In this document: positions 52,561 through 64,000 of the stretch, piece after piece
Numbering within the stretch: the stretch's first letter is position 1
Layout: each line of letters opens with the position of its first letter
DNA from: Lama glama
Lineage: Eukaryota
Length of the DNA stretch: 64,000 nucleotides
Assembly: GCA_028534125.1 (NCBI GenBank)
Contig: JAPYYK010000093.1
Location: forward strand, 558,001-622,000
Reading direction: 5' to 3'
Program-made: the position numbers and the translations under genes
The notes under the pieces: generated by a model
What the model was told of the DNA's origin: nothing
The model's input: the letters and a program-made list of their open reading frames with translations, nothing else
Database searches by the model: none

Positions 52561-55264
52561 TGTGACCCTTCTGGGGGCTCGACCTTCACCAGGCTTAAGG
52601 CCTGGAGTCATAGGTTTAATGGTGGAATGACAGGCTTCAGCAGAGATCGCAGTAGAAGGCAGCGGTGCTGAACTCACATTCCCTGGGGCTCCAGCTACCT
52701 TCAAGAGTCCTTTATGGGGAGACTTGGGTCCCCAGCTCCCGACAGAGAGAAAGGGCCGGGGTCTCCCGGCTCCCTGAGTAGTAACCAGGTCCAGTTGCAC
52801 GGTTGTGAGGGGCTGGGAATGGCAGGACACAGCCCTCTGAAACTGCTCATTTCACTTCCTTGGGCTAAGCAGCCACTGTGAGCAGACCAGCCCCAAGCCC
52901 CAGCCCCCAAGGCTGGCACAGCCTCTATTTAGACTCCTCCAGTGCCAGGAAACTCACCCCTGCACAATCCAATTATTTCTGTCCTGGAGGTTCCTGGCTC
53001 TTCCCTGCCGCTGGAAGAAGGCTGGGCTGGTGTCATTTCTAACTGCAGGTTTTGGGCCTCTCAGAGCCTCAGTCTCCTTCCTTATGAATGCTTGTGTGGG
53101 TGCCCACCCCCATTTCGAGGATGAAGTGAGAATAGGAGTGAATTGCTTGGTAAATTGAAACACTCATGTTTGGGGGAGAACATCCCTGTGACTCCCCCTG
53201 AAGTCACCCTGGGACCCTCTTCTGCCCCTGGTACGGATAGGATGGGCATATGCTCCCTGCCAGCCTGGCACAGGGCAAAACACCATTAGCAGTAACTGCT
53301 CACAGAGTCTGTGCCTCACATGAGGAGTGAGGGGCAGTAACCACCTGAGAAAAAGCCCCCACCTTATGATATCCAGGTGAGTTTCCCATCACCTATGCAC
53401 AAGTCAGCCTGAAAAAGAATTTGCAGTTTAGAGGCAAGAATGGGAACCCCTGGACCAAGGAAGGTAGAGGTCAAGGATTGGAAATAGAGCTCAGGACACC
53501 CTTGACTTGCTCCTCGGTCCTGTCTGGGCTGTCCCACCCTTGCCCTACCCCTACAAGCAAAGGGGAACAGCTTTGGAGTGTTATCCTCCCCTGACCTGAG
53601 TGGGTCTTCAGGGGCCAGACCACGGCTTGCCATAGGCCCCAAGCACGTTATAAAAGGCAGGCCCTGGGTCCCAAACCCCTGATAGGCCTGGGGCCTGGTG
53701 AACAGGAGGGGCCTGGTGGACTCTGGGAGGCCAAGCCAGGCCAGCTCTATGGGGGACAAGCAGGGCCCTCTCTGAGTCAGATGCCTGGTTGTGCCAGATG
53801 CTCACACCCCGGCCTCTGGGCAGGGCAGTGCTTCCAGTTGGACAGAAGGGGGAGGGGATGCTGCACAGAAGAGTCAACAAGCTTGAGCTAACCTAACTAG
53901 CCCCCTCCCAGCCCCCTGCTGTTTCTAGTATCTCTATCTCACTGTTGCCCAGAGAAGGGCTGGCCTGTGGTATCCTCCCCCATCTCTCTGCTGAATAAAT
54001 GTCTCTGCTCATGGCCCCAGGGGACCAGCACAAAGGGCATCACCCCTCCTGGGTGCCCTCTGAGGTTAGGTGGGAACTTTCCCAAGGCCAACTCTGTAGG
54101 GGCAGAGTGAGAAATGTCAGGCGCAGCCTCCCTGCCCTTTGACACCAGGGTGGAAGTACTGTCCAAAGAATGCCCAGGCCATCAGGCACCTGCCCCCAGC
54201 CTGGGTGCAGCAAGTTCACGTTGGTAGTTGGGCATTTCAGTTCTAGCTGCTACAGATGTACACCTAATTGAGGCCGCTGGCGCCAAGGGAAAAGCGGGAG
54301 ATTTTGGTTGACAGGCCATTAAAGGAAGACAAATAAGGAGGGGAGGTAATAAAGAATAAATGAGTAGTAAGAGTTTACACACTGCAACTTCTGAGGCTCA
54401 CAACATCCTCCGTCTCCTGGTGGCTGGCTCTAGCCACAGGTTAAAATCATGGGAGGAAAAATCAAGCCTTCCTGGGGAAGAGGGGGACTTCTAGGGCAGG
54501 AGCATTGACAGGTTTAGCAGCCAAAGCCTGGGGCTACCCACCTGGCCAGAGATGCCTGTGCTGGAAGACGGAGGGCAGCAGGGGCAGGTAAAGCTGCAGC
54601 CAGTGGATAGCGGCAGGGGGCCTGGTGGGTGCCAGTTCTACATGTAAGCTGAGGGGAAGTCATCTGGGAAGGCCAGTAGAGACTAAGAGGTCTTCATGGA
54701 AAATCTACTATGTGCCAAGCAAGTCCTAAGGGACGAGAAAGCCCATCAAGAGTGTCCGGGACACCTGAGGCAGCAGGATCCCTACTTCAGCCTTCCTCTT
54801 ATCACCCTTTTGCTGCTCCATAAGCCAGTAGGCTGGACTGGCTTTCTCAGGGTTTTACCCCTGCGGTTCCTTCCACTTGGAACACTCTCCCTCATCTCTA
54901 CCACTTGAATCCAGAATATTTATGAACCCATAAATACCACTTATGCCAGGAAGACTTCCTGGACCTCCCCTCAACTAGACAGGCTTCCCCCTCCCTGTCC
55001 CCACTCTCCTGTCCCCCCACCAGCCACACACACACGTAGCAGCCTCTGTCTTCGGTTCAGAAAAACATTGGCAACCTGGACTCTTGCCAAGCTGGGAACC
55101 ATGTCACTTGCCCCTGTCACCCACTCAGGGCCCCACACAGAGCCTGGCCATTGGGAAGGCAGAGGAATTGTTGACGTAAGGACTTTTGGGTGGCATCTCC
55201 AGGAGCCTGGGGGTATGCCTAGGAAGACTGGTTGGGCCTGGGCATAAGGGTTGTCAGCTTGGGC

Positions 55265-55420
55265 ATCAGGTATCACAGGTTGTATAGGCAAGTCATTTTG
55301 TCTCTCTGAGCCTCTCTTTCTTCAGTGATATAATGGGAGACATGATACCCACCTAGCAAGGATAGTCTGAAGACCCAAAGCATGTAACACCCTAAGGGCA
55401 GGACTTGGTACTTAGCAAGA
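55265..55420 (+). mobile_element. MIR fragment
   Basis: ggcaagtcattttgtctctctgagcctc...aatgggagacatgatacc. Confidence 0.55.
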
Positions 55421-56109
55421 GCTTAATGAAGAGAAACCACAGAGAGACTCAGGTATCCTTGAGAAGGACAGGTCCTACATGCTGGCATGCAGGGAAGGCT
55501 TCCTGGAAAAGGAGGAAGGATTCCAACTTGGCCTTGCAAGATGAACAGGATCTTGCATATTAGGGAGGGTAGGACCTGTCCTCCTGGGCCCCATTGACCC
55601 AGCTCTGTCTCCACTTGGGTCCCTCAAGCTGGCTCTGGCCTTGGCAAGTGTCCTTCTATAACAGGAGGCCATTCCCACCTCAACAAGCCTCCTCTGACAT
55701 GCCTATTCTCTGCCCTCTTTGGGCTGGACTCAGTGATTCCCAAGGGTCTCCAGCAAGGACACATTCAGGCATGGGCTGGCTGCCAGTGCTGCACCTGCAG
55801 GCTCCTACGGCTCATCCACTAGTACCCTGGGGACAGCCAGGGATGCGATGGCCCCATAAATGCCCCTGCCTGAGCATGGTGCAGATGCAGCGTGGCCTCC
55901 AGATGCAAGCAGACAGGGACCCCCATCTCTGAATATATCAAGAAGCCATCAAGGCTCCTCTGCACAATAATTGACCCACAATCAGTTTAGTGCCATTTAC
56001 TGTAATAAATGGAGTTTAACATTTTCAGGCAGTCAAGCCATCACCACCTGCACACCAAAGTTAGAACCAAGCCCCAGGTTGTAGACTGTTGGAGCCTGTA
56101 GAACCCCCT

Positions 56110-56180
56110 TATTAGAGAGAGGGGGAAACTGAGGCCCAGAGAGGGGAGGAGACTTGCCCGAGGCCACCCAGGGGTCAGTG
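56110..56180 (-). mobile_element. MIR fragment
   Basis: ggaaactgaggcccagagagggga...acttgcccgaggccac. Confidence 0.65.
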
Positions 56181-57227
56181 TAGATCAGGACATGGAGCTT
56201 TGAGTTTGGAGACCTGGGTTGTCATCCCAGATCTGTCTCCCATGACCAAGGGTGAGGCTAGTCAGAGCCCCCAGATCCTGGGCCTTATTGTCCCCATCCC
56301 CGCCTCCAACATGAGAGAAGCCAAGAACCCAGCATGGGGCTCCTGGAGAAAACCAGTTCTTGCACTGCGGTGGATGCTCCATGGTTAGACTTCTGTAACC
56401 ATGAGGGTCACCGAACCCGGATTATTTGACAGAGGGAGGACAATGGTTAATCAGGTAGGTTCTGGCAGGTATAAGAGGCTCGATCTTTGGCCCCTGCGAG
56501 CTCTCCACTTAGCAGGGGAATATGATACACAAGAAAAACACAGTGAATACCTCAAACCAGGCATAATTGCGCCAAGTGGGCAAAACAGAGAACGTGGTCA
56601 CTCAGCGCTGCACAGCCCAGGTGGTCAGGGAACACTTGCTGGAGGAAGAGGCCTTGAAACTGGCATGGCAGAGCAGGGAGGGCAGGATGGATGAATGGCT
56701 AGAGGCAGGGGAAAGAGCGACCCTGGCAGAGGGTCTGGGCAAATGCCTGAGGCAGGACTAGGCTGAATCTGTGCTGGGAACAGTGAGGAGGCTGTCTGCC
56801 CAGGCCCCAGGTTCTTCCTTGCTGCACCTCGTCACCAGTAGGAGGGGGGAATGCAGCCCCTGGGGGAGCCCCCCTACAGAGGCAGGGAGACAATGGTGTG
56901 GCTTCACAGGCAGCATGGGGCAAGCCTCAGCTCAGAGGTGACCATGAGCCACGATGTCAAGAGCCTGTTCACCCCTGCATCCAGGATTCCAGGACTCCGG
57001 GTAGCATCATCCTCTGAGAAGGACCACTGGTTGTGTGAGCACAGGGAAGCACAGCTTCACCTTCCTGCCTTCACTACCCTTACAAAGCTCGAGTCCTCTC
57101 AGCTCAGGCATGAGTGACCAGCCGGAGGGACTGCTCCGACCAGGAGCCCTTGTCTTGGTGGTCCCCATTCCCACCATTAGCTGTCCTGGACAGTCTGGAG
57201 TTTTCTTCGGAGAGCTCTGGTCCACCT

Positions 57228-57315
57228 GCTCATTTGACAGATGAGGAAACTGAGGCCTAGGGAGGGGCAAGGGCTTGTCCCAGGGTTATATGAGCAAAGA
57301 GACCCAGGCTCCAGA
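57228..57315 (-). mobile_element. MIR fragment
   Basis: catttgacagatgaggaaactgaggc. Confidence 0.65.
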
Positions 57316-60300
57316 TTGAGGTTGAGACTCTGTCTTCTGTGCCCCTCCCAGGCACTGGAGACTTCAGAGTCCTCAGAAACCCCCTTGGGAGGACCCTGAC
57401 CTGAACATCTGCCCCAGGGGAGTGGGAGGCCCTTCAGCGCCACCCCTGTGTCCCACATGCAGTACATGAGCCCAGACGCTGAGTTAGCCCCCTCCCCCGA
57501 GGCATCTATCCCACCACGGCAAGAGAAAATGAGGACAAATAAAAGAGAGAAATTCTCCCCTCCAAAGAGCATTAGGTGTCTGAACAGCTTCCAAATAAAT
57601 AAAAGTCTCCTCGGAGCCCCTGGCCAGCACTGACAGGGGCTCTAACTCTCCACGAGACGTGTTTTTCTGCCTCCAGGTGGAAGTAAAGAGTGTCAGCGCT
57701 GGGCTAAGTCAGGCTCTGACGGAGGCGGCCCTCCATCACCACCTAACGCCCCATCAGCACCTCGGCGGAATGGCCACGGCAAATTGCCTCCTCTGATAGC
57801 CACCCCTCCAGGCCCTCAGAGAGTGGAGAGGAACAGGCGCTGGCCTCCCCCACCAAGACTGGGAAAGAGCTTCCCAGTCCGTTCCCATCCCTGCCCATTG
57901 CTGGGATCCATTTGTCTGTAATTCTGGAAACAAACTGTCCCTAACTTGCTCATTTTGCAGATGAGGAAATTAAGGCACAGAGGGTTTTGGCAACTTGGTG
58001 AATGAAACCAGCAAGCCAGGGATATGTCTCCTGATGGAGTTATCTCTGCTCAATGTGAGAGCAGAGCATGAGATGTTTCCTGAGAGGGGGCAGGTCTACA
58101 CATCCCGCCATCCACCTTCCCCTCCGCAACAGCCAGAGGCACCTGAAGTACATTGACATGAAATGGCAGGAGAGATCAAGGCGAGACCCCAGGAAGTACC
58201 CACTCAAGCCATGGGCTGGGGGAACACCCTGGGAAGAGTCCTCAAACCTTCTGCTTCTTTTAAAAGCATCTCTTGGCTTTTGCCCATTAGAGGATTAGCC
58301 TCTGCTAGGTGGTTGAGGGGAGGACAGGACCTGGCTCCACCATCACTTAATTTAACTGATGGCCGCTGTTCCTATGAGGGGCAGTTAGCACTTTTTTGCC
58401 GAGCCTTGAAGACAGATGAGGCTAGGTGTTCTTCGATTACTGAAAGAAGTTGATGCTGTGGGAGGTGGCAGCAGGGCCAGTAGGAGCAGTCTGCGGTGAG
58501 AGGCTAGATAGCCCAGAAGCTGCCCTGCCCCATTTCACAAGGCCCCTGCCTTCTAGGGGGTTGTGCCAGCACTCAGGACCCTCCCTGAGTTCCTTGGACA
58601 CTAGACAGGGAGGAAAAGGGAGGCCTCCTGCCAGAAACCTGTCTAGCTTTTCCCATTAGCACTGAATATGGGGCTTTCCCTGAATCACAGCGCCACTGCA
58701 GCCCTGGGTTATGGCCTTGGATATCTCTGCCTGTTCTGGGGCCTGGGGTGACATTTGGCAAGGAGCAGGGAGGAAGGAGGCATGGACTCCTTCTTTACTG
58801 GTTGGAGTGGTCTGGAGATGTAGATTCTGGAGGATACCCTCTCAGCCTGGAAATGTTGTCCCTGAAGCCAGGCCATTAGCCTCAAACACAATCTAAATGC
58901 ACTTACAATTCAGCAACTACCCAGACCCTGGGAGGAGGAGGGTATTTTCCAACCCCCAACCCACCATCCCCTATGAAATCTTCTATGACATTGACCCAAG
59001 GGGGAATGTGTGAGCCACGAGGATCTGCTGAGGAAGGTCATGCTGGATTGGAGGCTACTTTGCAGCCTGAGGGTACAAGGGAGGCTGGGGACACTCAAGA
59101 CAGATGGGCAGCAGGCTGGAAGCTCCCGCTCCTCAGGCCACACAATGGGCCAAAGCAGACAGGGCTGTTCGTCTCCCCGACCTGTATGGAAACACTCTCT
59201 CCTCTGCCAGCATGAAGTAGCACCAGGTTAGGCAAATGAAAGGAGCACCTGGTCTTAATGGAAGCCTGTGAGGTGTAGCAGGAAATGTGCAGGGCTGGAA
59301 GTTGGAGGGACAAGCAGGGCAGAGACTGGCTTGGGACAATTGTACCCCAGGTGGGGAAAGGGAAGTTGTTCAGGACACAAGGGCCCCAAGTGACTATGGC
59401 TTGCAGGGATTCTAGGTCCCTTCCCAACTGATCCCAGGGTCTAGGCAGGTAAGAAACAGCCTGGATGTTCTGGAGATGATCAAGCCACTTTCAAAGGACA
59501 ACAGGACCTCTGTGGACTCCTCGCTCTATTCCATAAATGGCAAATTGGGCCTCAGAGATGCCTTGGGCTGGACCCAAAGTCACCTAGTGAACAGTGGCAC
59601 CTCTGAGGCCAGAACCCAGGCCCCTTGAGTCCTTGCTTGGGGCCATCCATGGCACTCTCCTGTGGTCAGAGATGGCCTATGTCCCATCTTGGGTATTTGT
59701 TTATCCTTTCCTTAATAGAGGCCAGTACTGTGGTCAGCAGAGCAAGGCAGTTACCAGGACAAATGTAGGCAGCAGAGGGCCCCATCAGTGGCCTAGAGAC
59801 AGACCCTGGAGGTCTTGGAATTCCCAAGGCAGAGCCAAGCCCTCTGACTGCAGAGTAAGGCTGTCCTAGAGCCTTGCTGGGCTCCAGGCAAGCAGAAGAG
59901 GGTGCTTGACAAGCTGCACCCAGGTAGGCCAGTAAGGGTCTGGAGGAGAGTGAAGCGGCTTCTGCCTACTTATGTTCCTACCAGCTGGAAGGCCTCTCCC
60001 ACTCCAATTGCCACAGCCTCCTCGAGCCCAGTCTGGCAGCTCCAGAGCACCATCTTGCTGAGGTCTTAATTTCTAAATGAGTGAGGAGGAGCTTTGGAGA
60101 GGCAGAGGCGGATGGAGAGACTCACTGAGAGAAACAGAGAGACCTCGGGGAGGATGAGGATGCGGACTCAGCAGTTTGCAACAAACCACTCAGGTCTTGC
60201 CTGAAAATCCAAGCCAGCTGCCATCGGGTGGCTGGGAGCAGGCCATGGACAGGAAACACTGGCGATGAGTCAGGCATGGGGCAGGGGTGGGGGGTGGTGC

Positions 60301-60708
60301 TTGACCCCAGGGATAGTAGGTATGCCAGGCATGGTCTGGCCCCTCAGAGGATAGGGCATGTCAAGTGCTGAGAATGACTAAATGACTATGTATTAATATA
60401 TCACCTCTATCATGCTAGGGTCTGGGGTCAGGCCTGCCATGTGACCCCTGCCAGTCCTGCAGTCAGATCCCTGGGAGTGAGATGGATCCTGCCCTCATAA
60501 CTCCACATAACCTCCTCCTAGGGCCCTGTACTGTTCTCTGCCAACCACATGTCTCTGATTGGACTGAGGGCTCCCCCTAACCCCCCGTCACTCAGTGCCC
60601 CACCACAACCCCATACACGTACTGTAGAAATTCTGCTGAACACTCCAGGGCAACTTATTCCTATTCTGGCTGGTCTTAGAACCCTGGCAGAGCTGTTCTT
60701 TAAAGCCG

Positions 60709-60790
60709 TTTTTTTTTTTTTTTTTTAATGGAGGTGCTGGGGCTTGAACCACACTAAGCACGCTCTCTACCACTGAGCTATTCCCCACCC
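60709..60790 (-). mobile_element. tRNA-derived SINE, camelid Vic-1-like, internally deleted
   Basis: Minus strand: gggtggggaaTAGCTCAGTGGtagagagcgtgcttagtgtGGTTCAAGCCccagcacctccatt plus 18-nt poly(A); Pol III A and B boxes present. Confidence 0.8.
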
Positions 60791-61189
60791 TTGGGTTAGC
60801 TGCTCTTATAGAAATCTGGACAGGTCTGGAATCTCCTCATCCCAGGCTCTGCTGACCTCCCCCTCTCTAGATTTGCTTTGACCTCACTGAGAGTTTTACT
60901 GTAGCTTCCTGGAAAACAGAGACTGCAAGGGCTTCACTCCCACTGGAGTGCCCCTACTCCCTACCTCCCCTTATATTCACTGTACAAAGGAAAAAGACTT
61001 ACCCAGGTCATTGTGGCTTTCTTGTGATTTTCAGAAGAGAATTCTTGATGTTTCCTCCAGAAAGTGAATAAGAATCATAACCCCCATCATCATTGCCCCC
61101 TCTCCTCCAGCCTTTCCTTCCCCACTACATAACACGCACGGGGCTGGAAGGATGCCTGATTCTCATAGTAACCTTCAAAGTAGACAGCA

Positions 61190-61290
61190 TTAGCCCCATT
61201 GAGCAGACGGGGAAACTGAGGCTCCAGTGGTTCCAAGTGAATTGTTCCATCTGGCTGGGAAGCAGTAGAGATGGGATCTGACTCCCAATC
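61190..61290 (-). mobile_element. MIR fragment
   Basis: ccccattgagcagacggggaaactgaggctc. Confidence 0.6.
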
Positions 61291-64000
61291 CAGCTCCTGC
61301 AGGGTTGAGGCATACTGTAGTCTTTAAAAAAAAATTAATAAGTCCATCTTATCCCAATACGCAAAACTACGCACATGGCATACAAATCAGCACTTCCTGC
61401 CCACCTTTGGGTTTGACCAACATCTAAAAGGCCTCCTCTGTCTTGCTTGGACTGAACCTCTCTGCTCTGCCTGCCCCACCTGAGGTACCTCCAGGCAGAG
61501 CTTTGCAGGAAGCATTTGGGGATCTGTCCCCACATAGCCAGGGAGCAGATCTCAGATCCCACAGGTAAGGTAAGTGTCCTCTGCCCCTTGCCTTGCCCTT
61601 CCCCGTTCCCTCCATGGATCCCTGGGCCCAGCAGAGATGAACATCTGCACTTTGGGATGCGTGAGGAGGGGGAACTGCTTTCTGCTGCGAAAATACAGGA
61701 AGGCTCTCTAGAGGTAAAGGAGAGGACTTTCCAGGTGAAGGGAACATGGGAGAAGCAGTAAAAGGAGTGAAGGTAGGATCTGCTCCAGGGAAAGCCAGTG
61801 AAGCATTTAAGGTCTGCTCTGTTTCGAGAAGTGAAGCTTCTCCATGATGAAAGAGCCCATTGCACTGGAGCAGGAAGGCCAGGAGGCCGGGAAGCAGGTG
61901 GCGGGGCTGGATACAGGCAGTGGCTGCAAATCATAGGAGAAATGTCCCATGAGCACAGGGTGGAAAGGACAGTCATCCCTGTGTTTTGGCCTGATTCATG
62001 GCTGGGGAGGCAGCAGACATCCACTCGTCCCAGGTGACCTTGAGCTCATTACCTAATGTCACTGCACCTCAGTCTCCTTGAAGGTAAAATGGGCTCAATA
62101 AGCCCCCTCATCTTCCTCTCAGAGCTGCTGGGAAGCCAATAGGGGCTTGACCCTTTGATACTAGTCGTAAGCACGCATGAAAGGGCTGCTCCTGTGGTGT
62201 CCTCCAGGTCCATGGAAGGAGGTGGGGCAATAGTGCTACCCTCGCCCCTACACATTTCACCCAGTGGAGGTGATGAGCCAAGCCCAGCACACGCCAAGCC
62301 AGGGGCAGGACTGGGACCGGAGCACATTTCAGAGTGATGGGTCGGTGAGGTTGGGGCAAGGGGCAGAGGTCTTCCTGCAGCTACTGAGGTGCACAGGGAG
62401 AATGGGGTGGCCTGTGGGGCAATGTGACAGAAAGGGACAGGAGGTGGGTGGCCCAGGTCAGTTTAGAAGTTTCTCTTCTGTTAGAGAGGTTCCAGGAAGT
62501 ATCCCAGGGACTAAACAGATTTGCCCATTGAATTGTTCAGATAGGGGCAGTTGCTAAGTTAGGGGTGGGGGTGGTCCATCAAAGTCTTGTGGGCCTTTTC
62601 CACGACATTTGATTTCCAACTACCTTGTTAATCCACAAGAATTCATTTTAAACTAAACTTGATCAAATCCTCCACATAAAACAGATTGAAGAGGAGCCAC
62701 TCTGATGGAGGGATGGCAGGGAGTGGGGGGGGGCTCCAGAGGCTTCCAGAACAGAGTTAAAGTGCACACCCCATGTCAGAGGTGGGAATAAGGAGGGGCA
62801 GGAGCTGGGCACAAGGCCTCAGCTCCAAACAGAGTCCGGACTCATTTCAAACCTCCTTGGAGGACCTTGGGAAAGGCCTTTCATAGCCGTGGGCGTGCCT
62901 CAGGCTCCCATCTGCAGAATGGGTACCTCTTAGTAACCTCACCCTCAGTTGCCAAACAGGGGCTCCTGGGCTGCCTCCATCATGGAGACGGGCTATTTAT
63001 TCATCCTCCTGAAGTGCTGAGGTCTGGGCAAACTCATCTGCCTCCTAGCTCAGCTAATTGGAATCGCTNNNNNNNNNNNNNNNNNNNNNNNNNNNNNNNN
63101 NNNNNNNNNNNNNNNNNNNNNNNNNNNNNNNNNNNNNNNNNNNNNNNNNNNNNNNNNNNNNNNNNNNNNNNNNNNNNNNNNNNNNNNNNNNNNNNNNNNN
63201 NNNNNNNNNNNNNNNNTGGGCCATGGGGAGAGCCAGCCTGGCCCTGCCTGGGCGGCGGCCCCTGCTCCACCCCTGCCCAGCACCAGAGCCCGCTCCGCCC
63301 AGCCTGCCANNNNNNNNNNNNNNNNNNNNNNNNNNNNNNNNNNNNNNNNNNNNNNNNNNNNNNNNNNNNNNNNNNNNNNNNNNNNNNNNNNNNNNNNNNN
63401 NNNNNNNNNNNNNNNNNNNNNNNNNNNNNNNNNNNNNNNNNNNNNNNNNNNNNNNNNNNNNNNNNNNNNNNNNNNNNNNNNNNNNNNNNNNNNNNNNNNN
63501 NNNNNNNNNNNNNNNNNNNNNNNNNNNNNGCCATGCGCACTGCGCCTCCCGCACCCTCTCACCAGGCGGGGGGCCTCTCTCTCCTCCCCAGGCACCCCAG
63601 AGTCCCTGAGAACTTGTCTCTGGCCGGCAGTCACAGACCCCTCTTCTGGCAGCAGGATGTAAGCCGTGGGGTGCAGGACACAGCGCCGCCTGTTCCAGGC
63701 TGGAGGAGAGGGGTAGCTTAGGTGTCCCCCTATGGCTGGACCATGGCCTTGCTGGAGTCCCGCCTTTCCCAGAAAAGCTTACGTGGGACATCATCTCTAA
63801 AGGGCATGCAGTCCCCCACTGTTGCCCCATGACCTAGACATGTCCCCCGCTATGACTGGACTACTGTCCACTGCTCAGGCCTTTCCAGCCTCTCTGTCTC
63901 TCTAACTAAGGAGGCAGGGCAGGGAGACCCAGCAACCCTGGTTACAGTTACTGTGCATTTTCTGAGTCCACTCTGCCCAAGCCTGCCCCAGGGCCAGGGA

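Noticed and set aside
52021-52671. 216-aa plus-strand ORF sharing the CATG palindrome with the CACNA2D2 start, and other long ORFs at 51326-52565
   Set aside because: Stop-poor GC-rich CpG island; low-complexity G/A/P/R composition with no recognisable domain
52650-52675. REST/RE1 site (GGTGCTGAA), also TCAGCACC at ~57755
   Set aside because: Only one half-site; the GGACAG half is absent at canonical spacing
60725-60790. tRNA gene
   Set aside because: Anticodon and variable arm region is truncated, there is no proper acceptor stem, and a poly(A) tail follows; it is a SINE
62867-63830. Long ORFs spanning N runs
   Set aside because: Artefacts of N translated as X
1-64000. Prokaryotic-type systems (CRISPR arrays, operons, defence islands)
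   Set aside because: Sequence is clearly mammalian intronic/intergenic DNA; no repeat-spacer arrays or gene-dense tracts seen

Overview
Mammalian genomic DNA, probably camelid (a Vic-1-like tRNA-derived SINE lies at about 60.7 kb). The window holds the 5' end of CACNA2D2 (voltage-gated calcium channel auxiliary subunit alpha2delta-2) on the minus strand. A CpG-island promoter (~51.6-52.6 kb) contains coding exon 1 (52022-51808). A 25,977-bp intron 1 leads to coding exon 2 (25830-25749), and intron 2 runs off the left edge; I did not find exon 3. About 11 kb of upstream intergenic DNA fills the right end. The rest is intronic or intergenic sequence with ancient repeats: a decayed two-LTR ERVL provirus (LTR16A-type) interrupted by an L1 fragment, L1/HAL1 remnants, MLT1 LTRs, MER63, L2 and many MIRs. 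There are nine N gaps of 144-245 bp. Almost all ORFs in the supplied track are chance GC-rich ORFs. I see no evidence for a wholly new multi-gene system. The best leads are regulatory: an out-of-frame upstream AUG giving an 89-codon overlapping ORF, a candidate 98-nt poison exon in intron 1, and a promoter-like CpG patch deep in intron 2. Repeat family names come from recalled consensus sequences and their boundaries are approximate.
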